Shown: one piece after another, positions 24,446 through 32,057 of the stretch
Numbering within the stretch: the first letter of the stretch is position 1
Layout of the letters: each line of letters begins with the position of its first letter
Assembly: GCA_964513665.1 (NCBI GenBank)
Contig: CAZEOE010000002.1
Coordinates: 1-38,405, forward strand
DNA from: Candidatus Woesearchaeota archaeon
GTDB taxonomy: Archaea > Nanobdellota > Nanobdellia > Pacearchaeales > GW2011-AR1
Direction: 5' to 3'
DNA: 38,405 nt
Translations under genes and position numbers: made by a program
The notes under the pieces: generated by a model
Seen by the model: the letters and a program-made list of their open reading frames with translations, nothing else
Databases searched by the model: none
Told to the model about the DNA's origin: nothing

Positions 24446-25828
24446 TTATAACTGCCTCATCGTACCGCTTTCAAAGCGGGTGATTGACTTCTTGAATATT
24501 GCCAGTACGTCACCGACTTTTCCGCTTCGGTTTTTCGATACAATAAGTTCACACGCCCGATCTACCGATGTCCTGTCATCCTCATCTTTATCATAGATAA
24601 AAATAACAACATCAGAATCCTGCTCTAAAGAACCAGACTCGCGCAAGTCGGCAAGGATGGGGCGTTTGTTGGTTCGCTGCTCTACGGCACGACTCAACTG
24701 CGCGGCGGCGATAATCGGGATGTCCTGCTCTTTTGCAAGTGCCTTTAATCCGCGCGATACCTGTCCCACCTCTAGGTGACGTTCCTTTTTCTTGTCGTCA
24801 CCGTCTGCAAGTTGAATGTAATCCAGCATAACAGCGCGGTACTTTTTCTTTGCCATTTCACGGCGTACCAGTTGGCGAATGTTCCCGATCTTCACTGTCG
24901 GTAAGTCAATGATGGTAAGTAAATCGCGCATGGCGGCGAGTTCATCCACCGCATTAGTGTATAAACCCCATTCGTGTTCCTGTAATTTCCCTGATTGAAT
25001 ACGCCCAACATCTACGCCCGACATTTGCGCTAAAAGTCTGTGCGCGATTTCGCGGGATGTCATTTCGAGTGAGAATAAAAGTACCGCCTGTCCATTTCGC
25101 ATCATGTTTAGTGCCATTGTCAAAAGCAGGGCGGTTTTACCCTGTCCGGGTCTACCGGCGACAATCGCCAATTGTCCGCCTGTAAGTCCTGTATTGAGCA
25201 TTGCATCCAATAAAGGCAACCCAGTCTGTGTTCGGCGTATCATGCCCCTGCTTGCCGCGTCTGTCTCATCGTAGGCGAGACTTACCGCTTGGGATATATC
25301 CATGATGTAATCCTGCGCCCCGCTGGAATACAGGGAAATTCCATTGAACTCAGCGTTTACATCGTTCATGATGTCGGCGGCACGGCGTCCGTTTGCAGAC
25401 CACACAACCATTTTTTTTCCCAACTCTTCCAACTGCTTTTTGACATGATAATCCTGGATATTTTCTGCATAACTTTCTACGTTGCGCGGGTCGCCTTCAT
25501 TACGCAAATCAGAGAGTAACGCCCTGCCCAATCTCGCGCCGTTCGATACTGCGTCCAGTTTGTACGCGCGCTCCAACTCATCCCCTACGGTAATGGTATC
25601 AATGGACAATCCGCGCTCGTATAGTTTTTCGATTGAATTCCAGATTTCGCCATAAGAGACGTTCCCGAACATTTCGGGTTTTAGTATCTCCCTGACGCGC
25701 TGGTATACTGCCAGTCCGCCACGAAGCACGCCGCCAATAACGGCTTCCTCATTGTCACGGACTATGACGCGCTTGCCGTTGAAGTCCAGTTCTGCTACCT
25801 GCCTGTCTAGTTGGTTATTTAAGTCCAT
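24446..25828 (-). CDS. dnaB: replicative DNA helicase (DnaB family)
   Basis: 460 aa. Walker A GRPGQGKT, MLDYIQL Walker B region, IIAAAQLSR and DSDVVIFIY motifs, and an N-terminal DnaB-like domain. Confidence 0.9.
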   Translation of the reverse strand: MDLNNQLDRQVAELDFNGKRVIVRDNEEAVIGGVLRGGLAVYQRVREILKPEMFGNVSYGEIWNSIEKLYERGLSIDTITVGDELERAYKLDAVSNGARLGRALLSDLRNEGDPRNVESYAENIQDYHVKKQLEELGKKMVVWSANGRRAADIMNDVNAEFNGISLYSSGAQDYIMDISQAVSLAYDETDAASRGMIRRTQTGLPLLDAMLNTGLTGGQLAIVAGRPGQGKTALLLTMALNMMRNGQAVLLFSLEMTSREIAHRLLAQMSGVDVGRIQSGKLQEHEWGLYTNAVDELAAMRDLLTIIDLPTVKIGNIRQLVRREMAKKKYRAVMLDYIQLADGDDKKKERHLEVGQVSRGLKALAKEQDIPIIAAAQLSRAVEQRTNKRPILADLRESGSLEQDSDVVIFIYDKDEDDRTSVDRACELIVSKNRSGKVGDVLAIFKKSITRFESGTMRQL

Positions 25829-26081
25829 TTGTCAAAAACTCCGCTACCTGATCTATATTCTGAAATCGCACAGCCTGACCGTTTACTTTTATGGTAACGG
25901 TATCGTCCCACTCCATTTGTCCGTTGAATATTTTTTCTTCTAACGCCTCCCAGTGGTCTATATATAATTGCATGGTTTCCAGTCCGAGCGCGATTTCCCT
26001 CTGACTGGCTAATCCCTTTTCGGCACGGTCAAATATTCTTTGTGCGGCGGCGTAAACTGCCTTATCAATAAAGAATGTCAT
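25815..26081 (-). CDS. hypothetical protein
   Basis: 88-aa ORF that overlaps the dnaB start and is ATGA-coupled upstream. Confidence 0.5.
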   Translation of the reverse strand: MTFFIDKAVYAAAQRIFDRAEKGLASQREIALGLETMQLYIDHWEALEEKIFNGQMEWDDTVTIKVNGQAVRFQNIDQVAEFLTNGLK

Positions 26082-26581
26082 TTTGTCCTCGGGTTTGGTA
26101 CGAATTGGGAATCATCTTCGGGCTGGTAATAGTTGGAAGTATGTTCGACTGGCGGCGCGGCATCCATAAGCATCTGCCACTTTTCAAATATTCCTTTGAG
26201 ACTCGGAACCTGCCAGTTGAACGCCTTGTCGCTGCGCCACGTTTCGGCGGCGGTCTTGATCTGCTCGGCGGTGATCCCCTGCTCCACCGCCCATTCCATC
26301 CACTGGCGGTTGTATTTCGTCTCCCAGTTGGTGTTGAGGCGGAAGTACTCATGCACCGCCTGACGGATAGACATTGCAGGGAGTTTCGATAATTCAAAAT
26401 CTACAAGGTCGGGTTTATATTCGCCTTTCACTTCGTCGGTCTTGCGTTCCGTCCTGCTTTCGGCGGCGTCAAGAAGTTTTGATAACAGGCGTTCTCTATC
26501 TTCCTGAGAGGTTGAATAAATCTTTTCCTCTAGCAGGATTTTTTCAAACTGTTGCTTTCTTTGCCTTCGTAATGTTTGCAT
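26078..26581 (-). CDS. hypothetical protein (replication module)
   Basis: 167 aa. AAGGAGAAAAAC-ATG. First gene after the 352-nt noncoding gap, upstream of dnaB. Confidence 0.55.
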   Translation of the reverse strand: MQTLRRQRKQQFEKILLEEKIYSTSQEDRERLLSKLLDAAESRTERKTDEVKGEYKPDLVDFELSKLPAMSIRQAVHEYFRLNTNWETKYNRQWMEWAVEQGITAEQIKTAAETWRSDKAFNWQVPSLKGIFEKWQMLMDAAPPVEHTSNYYQPEDDSQFVPNPRTK

Positions 26582-26642
26582 GTTTTTCTCCTTGTTAGGG
26601 ACTTAAGATTTTGATCTTGCTTTAAAAAAAGGCGCAATAATC

Positions 26643-26693
26643 CTAGTGCGGCACTAGCGACTTATCTTTACTCAAAGAATAAAGCAATAAGTC
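26643..26693. promoter_or_regulatory. palindrome CTAGTGC-G-GCACTAG plus adjacent AT-rich hairpin
   Basis: 15-bp palindrome at 26643-26657. GACTTATCTTTA...TAAAG..ATAAGTC inverted repeat at 26659-26693. Both lie in the noncoding gap upstream of the replication genes. Confidence 0.35.
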
Positions 26694-26933
26694 GGACACA
26701 TTTATGGATTGCGAGTCCTCTCACCTTTCGCTTGTTCGGTTAGAACCATCGCGCCGCTGCTGTTCTCTGCTTTGTCCAGCGGTTGCCCTTTCGGGATTGG
26801 GAGGTGTCCAGTCGGTCTCTGACGGGTAACAGTTGTGATCCTCTTTCGCCTGTCGGCATGTTCGCCGCGCTTGTACTATTTAGGTTTTCTCCCGTCGGAT
26901 CGCTGGGGGTACTTCCCGTTGCCGTTGGGTGTG

Positions 26934-27323
26934 CTATTCCGCCATGTACTTTTTGAACACGGACGGAAGCTTCTTGTATTCTCTTTCCAGACGGGCTACT
27001 GCTTTTTTGTGGGTTTCGATGTTTTTGAAACTGTCAGAATAGAAAGTTCCCTTTATCGTCTTGTCTTTCTCGTACTTCTTTCCACATTCAACAGCGGTTT
27101 TCTCGTACCTCAACTGCTCATGAATGCCATACCAACGGATGATTTCGTCGCGACTGTAATCTTCCATCATTTCATACAACATGGACAGTTTCGCAATTTG
27201 TTCATTGAGGTTCTTCAACAGCCCTTTCACGTCCTCGATTGATGCGGATTCAGTCATTGAACAACAAGAGCATCCTTCGTGATACCCCTCAATGTCGCCT
27301 TCTGTCAGGTATATTCTTATCAT
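26934..27323 (-). CDS. hypothetical protein
   Basis: 129 aa. AAAGGAATTGAGAC-ATG. CSCC motif near the N-terminus. Confidence 0.5.
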   Translation of the reverse strand: MIRIYLTEGDIEGYHEGCSCCSMTESASIEDVKGLLKNLNEQIAKLSMLYEMMEDYSRDEIIRWYGIHEQLRYEKTAVECGKKYEKDKTIKGTFYSDSFKNIETHKKAVARLEREYKKLPSVFKKYMAE

Positions 27324-27352
27324 GTCTCAATTCCTTTCTTTGTCGTTGGGGT

Positions 27353-27370
27353 TACCGCTACGTATCGGTA
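27353..27370. promoter_or_regulatory. palindromic motif, copy 3 (TACCGCTACGTATCGGTA)
   Basis: One-mismatch variant. Its 17-mer ACCGCTACGTATCGGTA is identical to copy 5. It overlaps the stop of 27358-27567, upstream of 27323. Confidence 0.55.
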
Positions 27371-27567
27371 GCGACGCTCAGACTGTCATTGTTGAGTACC
27401 TGCTGAACCGCCCAAATGCCGCTCTCCAGCCCAAACCGTACCATTGCAAAGTTTCTTTTGGGTAACGCCTTTTTGAGTTTCCGCATCGCCCACAATTCAG
27501 AGGCATAAGCGGATCGGAGCGTTCGGGAGGTGATGTAGGGGTGTGTCATGATAATATCTTTCGACAT
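27358..27567 (-). CDS. hypothetical small protein
   Basis: 69-aa ORF with no clear SD. Confidence 0.4.
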   Translation of the reverse strand: MSKDIIMTHPYITSRTLRSAYASELWAMRKLKKALPKRNFAMVRFGLESGIWAVQQVLNNDSLSVATDT

Positions 27568-27600
27568 AACAAAAATGCCTAAGCAGGAAAACGTCCGCGC

Positions 27601-27804
27601 TCAGGCTGTCAACTCACGGATTCGATTTGGGTCTGTAATCTCGATGAATGTGTAATCGTTCTCAGGTGCTTCTAGTCTGCTTTCGCTTTCAAACCACACC
27701 CGCCCATCTGCTGTTTGATAAATGGTATTGCAAACGCAGGGGTCGGAGTACCTTTGTAATATTTTTGCTGTTTCAATCATGGGTTTGGCTTCTTGGTATT
27801 TCAT
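27601..27804 (-). CDS. hypothetical small protein
   Basis: 67 aa. AGAAAGGAATAAGCA-ATG. First ORF downstream of the 27996-28024 promoter, after a leader of about 190 nt. Confidence 0.5.
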   Translation of the reverse strand: MKYQEAKPMIETAKILQRYSDPCVCNTIYQTADGRVWFESESRLEAPENDYTFIEITDPNRIRELTA

Positions 27805-27995
27805 TGCTTATTCCTTTCTGTGGATAAAAAAAACTCCTCTACTTTCGGGCGATCTGCGATCTGCGGCAAGTACCAGTGACAAGATAGGTAAAAGATGCAG
27901 ACCACCCGAAAATGGGGGAGTCAGTCTTGTCTCATTTCCACCTGCCACAGTGGCGCGCGTTTTCTTGGTGCGCTTGCCATTCAATTGATAACTCC

Positions 27996-28024
27996 ATATT
28001 ACAACACAATCCCGCGGCTGTCAA
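27996..28024 (-). promoter_or_regulatory. consensus sigma70-type promoter
   Basis: Minus strand reads CTATTGACA, a 17-nt spacer, then TAATAT. The flanks (CTATTGACA ... GTTGTAATAT) are shared with the promoter at 29878-29906. Confidence 0.65.
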
Positions 28025-28201
28025 TAGCGAGTTTCAGCATCCTCTTTTGAAAACTCCCCGCCGCTCCGCAAGATCGCGCAGGATTTAGTCTGGCATCTTT
28101 AGCCAGCATACGGCGGGGAGTGTGAACGGGCGGGAGCGAGTTGCAATTTCGAGTTGCTCTTTGAATGTCTACTCAGCGGGGATACCGCCGCCCGTAATCA
28201 C

Positions 28202-28804
28202 CTATATACCCATGTATTTATACAATATCTTTTTAGCCGCAGCCCAAGCCGCATCCCTAGCCGCAGCCCGAGCCGCAACCCAAGCCGCAGCCCAAGCTGC
28301 ATCCCCAGCCGCAGCCCCAGCCGCAGCCCAAGCCGCATCCCTAGCCGCAGCCCAAGCCGCATCCCTAGCCGCAGCCAACTCTTCTTTTGTCGCTTTCCCA
28401 TGTGCGAATCGTCGTGCGGTATCTATCGCGTTTTGAGGTCGTTTGTCGTCTGGATAATGTTTGTTCCAGATTGGCATAACAGTTTCGGCAATATCACACG
28501 CGGCGAGGCGTGCATTTTTATCATTCCATTTATTGATTTTCTTGACGAATCGCATCTGTTGAGAAACGTCTTTTTCGTCACCCTCAAAAATATCACCCCT
28601 TAGTTCCACCTCGAACATTTGAGCGTTCATCCATTCAATAACGTGTTCCTTTTTGCAGGCGTGATACCCTGATACACAGAGTTCAATGGCGTCAACTTTC
28701 GGCAACCATTTTCCAGGCTTGCCATTTTTGGGTAGATATTCTGTAAAATCAAATCCAGAATACTCACCCTTGTTGTCCTCATCCAAAAACTTATAGCGTT
28801 TCAT
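28202..28804 (-). CDS. Ala/Trp tetrapeptide-repeat protein
   Basis: 200 aa. Globular N-terminal ~140 aa followed by AAARDAAWAAARDAAWAAAGAAAGDAAWAAAWVAARAAARDAAWAAA, which is encoded by the 12-nt tandem repeat. Confidence 0.65.
   Translation of the reverse strand: MKRYKFLDEDNKGEYSGFDFTEYLPKNGKPGKWLPKVDAIELCVSGYHACKKEHVIEWMNAQMFEVELRGDIFEGDEKDVSQQMRFVKKINKWNDKNARLAACDIAETVMPIWNKHYPDDKRPQNAIDTARRFAHGKATKEELAAARDAAWAAARDAAWAAAGAAAGDAAWAAAWVAARAAARDAAWAAAKKILYKYMGI
28236..28376. repeat. 12-nt tandem repeat, about 11.75 units (GCCGCAGCCCAA / GCCGCATCCCTA types)
   Basis: Read directly from the sequence: contiguous 12-nt units with 1-3 substitutions each, in frame within CDS 28202-28804. Confidence 0.85.
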
Positions 28805-28831
28805 TCATTACTTCTTTCTGCCTCTCGGCGG

Positions 28832-29083
28832 TTATCCTTCCGGCACAACCCACGCAATATAGGTCATGCCGCGTTGTTGGAAAATCCAGCACTCGCTAAT
28901 TCCCTGCGCTTCCAGTGTGCGGATGAACTTCTGCCCGCTGGTAAGGCGGACAAAATTATAATCAGAACCCGTAACTGGCGGGTCGCTGTGGTGGATAATA
29001 ATGTCTACCGGGGTTCGGGGTTCGCTTCTGCGCTCGTGCATGTCGTCTCTCAGTCTGCCCGTCCGCCGTTGTGTTTCTTCCAC
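28832..29083 (-). CDS. hypothetical small protein
   Basis: 83-aa ORF with a GTG start. An alternative ATG at 29041 has GAGAG upstream. Confidence 0.4.
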   Translation of the reverse strand: MEETQRRTGRLRDDMHERRSEPRTPVDIIIHHSDPPVTGSDYNFVRLTSGQKFIRTLEAQGISECWIFQQRGMTYIAWVVPEG

Positions 29084-29135
29084 GAAACCGAAAGCATACT
29101 CCTTTCGTTTACAGCGGACGGGCTTGGGATGTGCA

Positions 29136-29151
29136 ACCGATACGTATCGGT
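29136..29151. promoter_or_regulatory. palindromic motif, copy 4 (ACCGATACGTATCGGT)
   Basis: Perfect 16-bp palindrome between the tRNA and the next minus-strand ORF. Confidence 0.6.
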
Positions 29152-29171
29152 GGTTGCCTGTTCAAAAACAG

Positions 29172-29244
29172 AGCCGAGAGCGGGAATTGAACCCGCAACC
29201 TCCTGAGTACGAAACAGGTGCACTGCCAATTGTGCTACCTCGGC
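29172..29244 (-). tRNA. tRNA-Thr (anticodon CGU), no encoded CCA
   Basis: Minus strand reads GCCGAGG-TA-GCAC-AATTGGCA-GTGC-A-CCTGT-TTCGTAC-TCAGG-AGGTT-GCGGG-TTCAATT-CCCGC-TCTCGGC-T. All four arms fold, with one G-U in the acceptor stem and a U31-U39 mismatch. Confidence 0.85.
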
Positions 29245-29870
29245 AAACTCGCCCGCCCCTAAAAAGGCGCTACCTTTCTGTAGGTAACGGGCTACTAAAA
29301 CAGACCGCTTCACTAGCAAGGTATGCGCTTCTGCTTTTTCTAATTCACACCCCGCCGCTTATCGCCCTCTCTAAGTCAGCACCGTAAAAACGGGTTTCCG
29401 CGCATCACGGCGGGGGGTCTTGCTACGGGCTACGCTTGAATCCACCACGGAGTTTTACCGTCTCTAGCAAAGCCGCGCCCGTATCCACTGAAGAGTGGAG
29501 TTGACAAGAGGTAGTCAGGTCGCTCGTCTGTGCGCTGGTATTGCGTCCACTGACTCCCGCGCCGTTGGGTGTGTCTAGAACACCACCTACTTTACGTCTT
29601 AGTGACGGGACGCCCTCGCTGTACCTCTTGTCAATTCCACCATCCAAAGGATAATGTTTTTTTGTTGTCAATGTGCTTCCTCCTCCGCCCCGCCGCTCGG
29701 TTCATTTCACCACCTATTCTGTGACCGATATTTGAAGGACACGGCGGTTTGGACTCAGGAGGAGATCGGTACGGGCGGCGCATCGTTCCTACACTCTGGC
29801 GTCCCAGTTCGCAACCGAAGATGCTAGTGGTTTTGCGCCGTACGTCTATCGGCATTCACCGCGCCCGTAT
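29245..29870 (-). ncRNA. candidate large structured noncoding RNA / long structured tRNA leader
   Basis: About 620 nt with no credible ORF, between a consensus promoter and the tRNA. A 13-bp helix TTGACAAGAGGTA/TACCTCTTGTCAA (29634-29622 with 29512-29500) encloses about 109 nt that contain several local hairpins. A GGCAT/ATGCC hairpin lies at 29851-29873. Confidence 0.35.
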
Positions 29871-29877
29871 GCCAAAG

Positions 29878-29906
29878 ATATTACAACGCCAGCGGGCGGA
29901 TGTCAA
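29878..29906 (-). promoter_or_regulatory. consensus sigma70-type promoter (leftward)
   Basis: Minus strand reads TTGACA (29906-29901), a 17-nt spacer, then TAATAT (29883-29878). Confidence 0.65.
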
Positions 29907-29916
29907 TAGAAAACGG

Positions 29917-29932
29917 TAGTACTTAAGTACTA
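29917..29932. promoter_or_regulatory. 16-bp perfect palindrome TAGTACTTAAGTACTA (candidate operator)
   Basis: Lies between the two divergent -35 boxes and abuts the rightward -35. Confidence 0.55.
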
Positions 29933-29960
29933 TTGATAAAAATTGCTTTATGGATATACT
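29933..29960 (+). promoter_or_regulatory. sigma70-type promoter (rightward)
   Basis: TTGATA (29933-29938), a 16-nt spacer, then TATACT (29955-29960), upstream of the plus-strand arm. Confidence 0.45.
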
Positions 29961-30028
29961 TGAATAGTATCGCTTTGGTCACGCCCGAAAGGAATGTTTC
30001 CGGAGCGGTACTTTATAAAGGATGTCTT

Positions 30029-30460
30029 ATGCAATTACAAATATGGATGGTCACTTTTTCGACTGATTACATTACCGAGATAACTGGAATAAACCCCAAA
30101 ACAGTCAACGACTGGAAAAGGTTTATGAGTGGAGAGAAAGAAGATTTAACCAAAAGAGAGAATACCAAACCAGAGGCAATATTACAAGAAAGGTTTGTAA
30201 AGTCTCTAACAAGTGATTATGAAGAATATGTAAGGACTCCAACTGGCATAATAGACGTGCTAACGGAAAAAGAAATTTTTGAAATAAAGGTTTCCGTGTC
30301 GAACTCTACAATATACAAACCATTTGGGCAACTCATTATTTATTCAAAAAATTACCCAAGAAGAAAAAAGGTGATAGTCGCTAAAAAAGTGAGTCTGTCA
30401 AAAGAAATAATGGCAATACTAAGGGAAAACCAAATTGATGTGATCCATTTTGATAATTAG
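30029..30460 (+). CDS. HTH + PD-(D/E)xK nuclease-like protein (AT-rich moron)
   Basis: AAGGA SD then ATG 30029; the tool start at 29933 lies in the promoter. N-terminal HTH-like STDYITEITGINPKTVNDWKRF. GIIDVL...EIFEIK matches the D...ExK motif. GC content is clearly lower than the flanking sequence. Confidence 0.6.
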   Translation: MQLQIWMVTFSTDYITEITGINPKTVNDWKRFMSGEKEDLTKRENTKPEAILQERFVKSLTSDYEEYVRTPTGIIDVLTEKEIFEIKVSVSNSTIYKPFGQLIIYSKNYPRRKKVIVAKKVSLSKEIMAILRENQIDVIHFDN

Positions 30461-30492
30461 AACAAAATAGAACAAAGGGCAACTATCTTGCA

Positions 30493-30690
30493 ATGTTTCT
30501 ACTGGACTTTTTGATGTATCATATAGGCATGACCGAAAAAGACTTTGACCCGAACACAATGACACGCGCAACCCGTGAGGATATTTGCAGGATGTACTTG
30601 CGTCTATGGGGTTGGTATATCGTAGTCCCGTCAATGTACAAAGTCGAAAACGGCGAATATCTTGACCTGACACAATCAATAGGAGAATGA
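30493..30690 (+). CDS. hypothetical small protein
   Basis: 65-aa ORF with a weak SD. The start is uncertain. Confidence 0.35.
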   Translation: MFLLDFLMYHIGMTEKDFDPNTMTRATREDICRMYLRLWGWYIVVPSMYKVENGEYLDLTQSIGE

Positions 30691-30692
30691 CC

Positions 30693-30962
30693 ATGACCAC
30701 ATTTACGGAGCATGACCTGAGACTCGGCAATCATCTATATTTTGAACGCGGCGAACTGCTGGACGATCTGACAACCGCCACGCTGAACGAACGCCCGTTT
30801 TACCGCCATGATAGTTTGGCGGAAATCAGAGAGCAAATCCGCCTGATCGAAACCATCACGCCTGAGGCGCAAGCAGAATACTTCGACCCCCGCACTCCCG
30901 AACAGCGCGACCTTGACGAGTGGCAACAGGACTGGCAGGATACATACGCCAGCGCAAGGTAA
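30693..30962 (+). CDS. hypothetical acidic protein
   Basis: AGGAGA lies 6 nt before ATG 30693. The first ATG at 30687 abuts the SD. Confidence 0.5.
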   Translation: MTTFTEHDLRLGNHLYFERGELLDDLTTATLNERPFYRHDSLAEIREQIRLIETITPEAQAEYFDPRTPEQRDLDEWQQDWQDTYASAR

Positions 30963-31006
30963 ACTTTACCTTTGGAGGACACCCCCGCGTAAAGGACTCG
31001 CAATCC

Positions 31007-31023
31007 ACCGCTACGTATCGGTA
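31007..31023. promoter_or_regulatory. palindromic motif, copy 5 (ACCGCTACGTATCGGTA)
   Basis: Located 40 nt upstream of the erf start. Identical 17-mer to copy 3. Confidence 0.55.
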
Positions 31024-31063
31024 AACCAATTTGATACCGCGCTGAGGCGCGGGAAAGGAAAAA

Positions 31064-31654
31064 ATGAACAAGTCAGAAAACATCACCGAACTCGCACAGG
31101 CACTTGCCAAAACGCAGGCAGAAATGCCACACGTCCCAATGAATGCCGTCAATCCGTTTTTGAAAAACAAATTCGCGGACCTGGGCGCAGTCATCACCAC
31201 CATCAAACCGATCATTGCAAGGCACGGTCTGTCCTACTCGCAACTCCCCGTCTCCGACGGCAACCGAGTCGGCATCACTACCGTCGTCATGCACGCATCC
31301 GGTCAATGGATTGAGTCAACCGTCATGCTGGAACTGGCAGACGAGAAGGGCAAATCCGCCGCGCAAGTTGCAGGAAGCGTCATTACCTACCTGCGCCGCT
31401 ACTCGCTGTCGTCTGCGTTTGGTCTGTATGCCGACGAAGACACGGACGGAAATCCCGCCGCGAAACAGGCAGTAAAAGCGTCGGCAAAACAGACCGTGCG
31501 CGACCGCTATTCGGAACTGCTGAAAGAGGCGGTAGAACTCGGCGCGGTGAAAGAGTCCGATTGGGGACTCAACGACAAAATGACCGACGCGGAAATCACC
31601 GAACTCGGAAAGCAACTCCGCGCCATAGTTGAAAAAGCAAAGGTAGGTAAATAA
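31064..31654 (+). CDS. erf: ERF-family single-strand annealing protein
   Basis: NPFLKNKFADLGAV ... ITYLRRYSLSSAFGLYADEDTDG matches the ERF superfamily pattern. Confidence 0.85.
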   Translation: MNKSENITELAQALAKTQAEMPHVPMNAVNPFLKNKFADLGAVITTIKPIIARHGLSYSQLPVSDGNRVGITTVVMHASGQWIESTVMLELADEKGKSAAQVAGSVITYLRRYSLSSAFGLYADEDTDGNPAAKQAVKASAKQTVRDRYSELLKEAVELGAVKESDWGLNDKMTDAEITELGKQLRAIVEKAKVGK

Positions 31655-32049
31655 TGGGATGGTACTCGCACGATGAAACGCTGGTTGTCGGCAAGGTTGG
31701 CAAGGACGCGGAAATGAAATATCTGAATAACGGCAACGCCGTGACCAACTTCTCAATCGCTGTTGATCGCTCCTACAAGGACAGAGACGGCGAACTCCAC
31801 AAGCGGACTATCTGGTATCGCATCACCTGTTACGGCAAACTCGCTGAGGTTGTGAAGGATGTCAAGAAGGGCGATACCATTTTGGCAGGCGGTAATCTCG
31901 AAGCAGACTGGCAGACTGGTTCTCCGCGTATCTGGACCAAGCAGGACGGCTCCGCCGGTTCATCCTTTGAACTCAACGCGCAGACGATCAAGTTCCTTAG
32001 CAAGCGCGAGCAGACGGAAACCCCTGTCGAAGACGACGCGCCGTTCTAA
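31654..32049 (+). CDS. ssb: single-stranded DNA-binding protein
   Basis: OB-fold pattern (VVGKVGKDAEMKYLNNGNAVTNFSIAV...TIWYRITCYGKLAE) and an acidic C-terminal tip, EDDAPF. Confidence 0.9.
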   Translation: MGWYSHDETLVVGKVGKDAEMKYLNNGNAVTNFSIAVDRSYKDRDGELHKRTIWYRITCYGKLAEVVKDVKKGDTILAGGNLEADWQTGSPRIWTKQDGSAGSSFELNAQTIKFLSKREQTETPVEDDAPF

Positions 32050-32057
32050 CCACCAGC

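Noticed and set aside
26921-26933. 13-mer GCCGTTGGGTGTG shared with 29561-29573, and 12-mer CCGCGCCCGTAT repeated at 29473 and 29860
   Set aside because: In 38 kb about ten identical 13-mer pairs are expected by chance, so these are not evidence on their own for a shared RNA motif.
28236-28376. Possible CRISPR array (also considered for 32081-35576)
   Set aside because: The 12-nt units are contiguous with no spacers. The 32-35.6 kb repeats are long imperfect palindromes separated by 130-300 bp of protein-coding sequence with SDs. No cas genes are present.
28122-28603. Plus-strand ORFs with SRSPSRIPSRSPS and AAQAASLAAA repeats
   Set aside because: These are alternative-frame or antisense readings of the 12-nt tandem repeat. 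The minus-strand ORF has a proper globular N-terminal domain and gene context.
29245-29870. RNase P RNA, tmRNA, or protein-coding interpretation of the tRNA-proximal gap
   Set aside because: No GGAAAGUCCGG or ACAGAACCCGGCUUA-type RNase P motifs (only a loose CGGUAAAACUCC resemblance). No tRNA-Ala-like acceptor or tag ORF for tmRNA. ORFs 29423-29671 and 29631-29855 have implausible composition and no SD.
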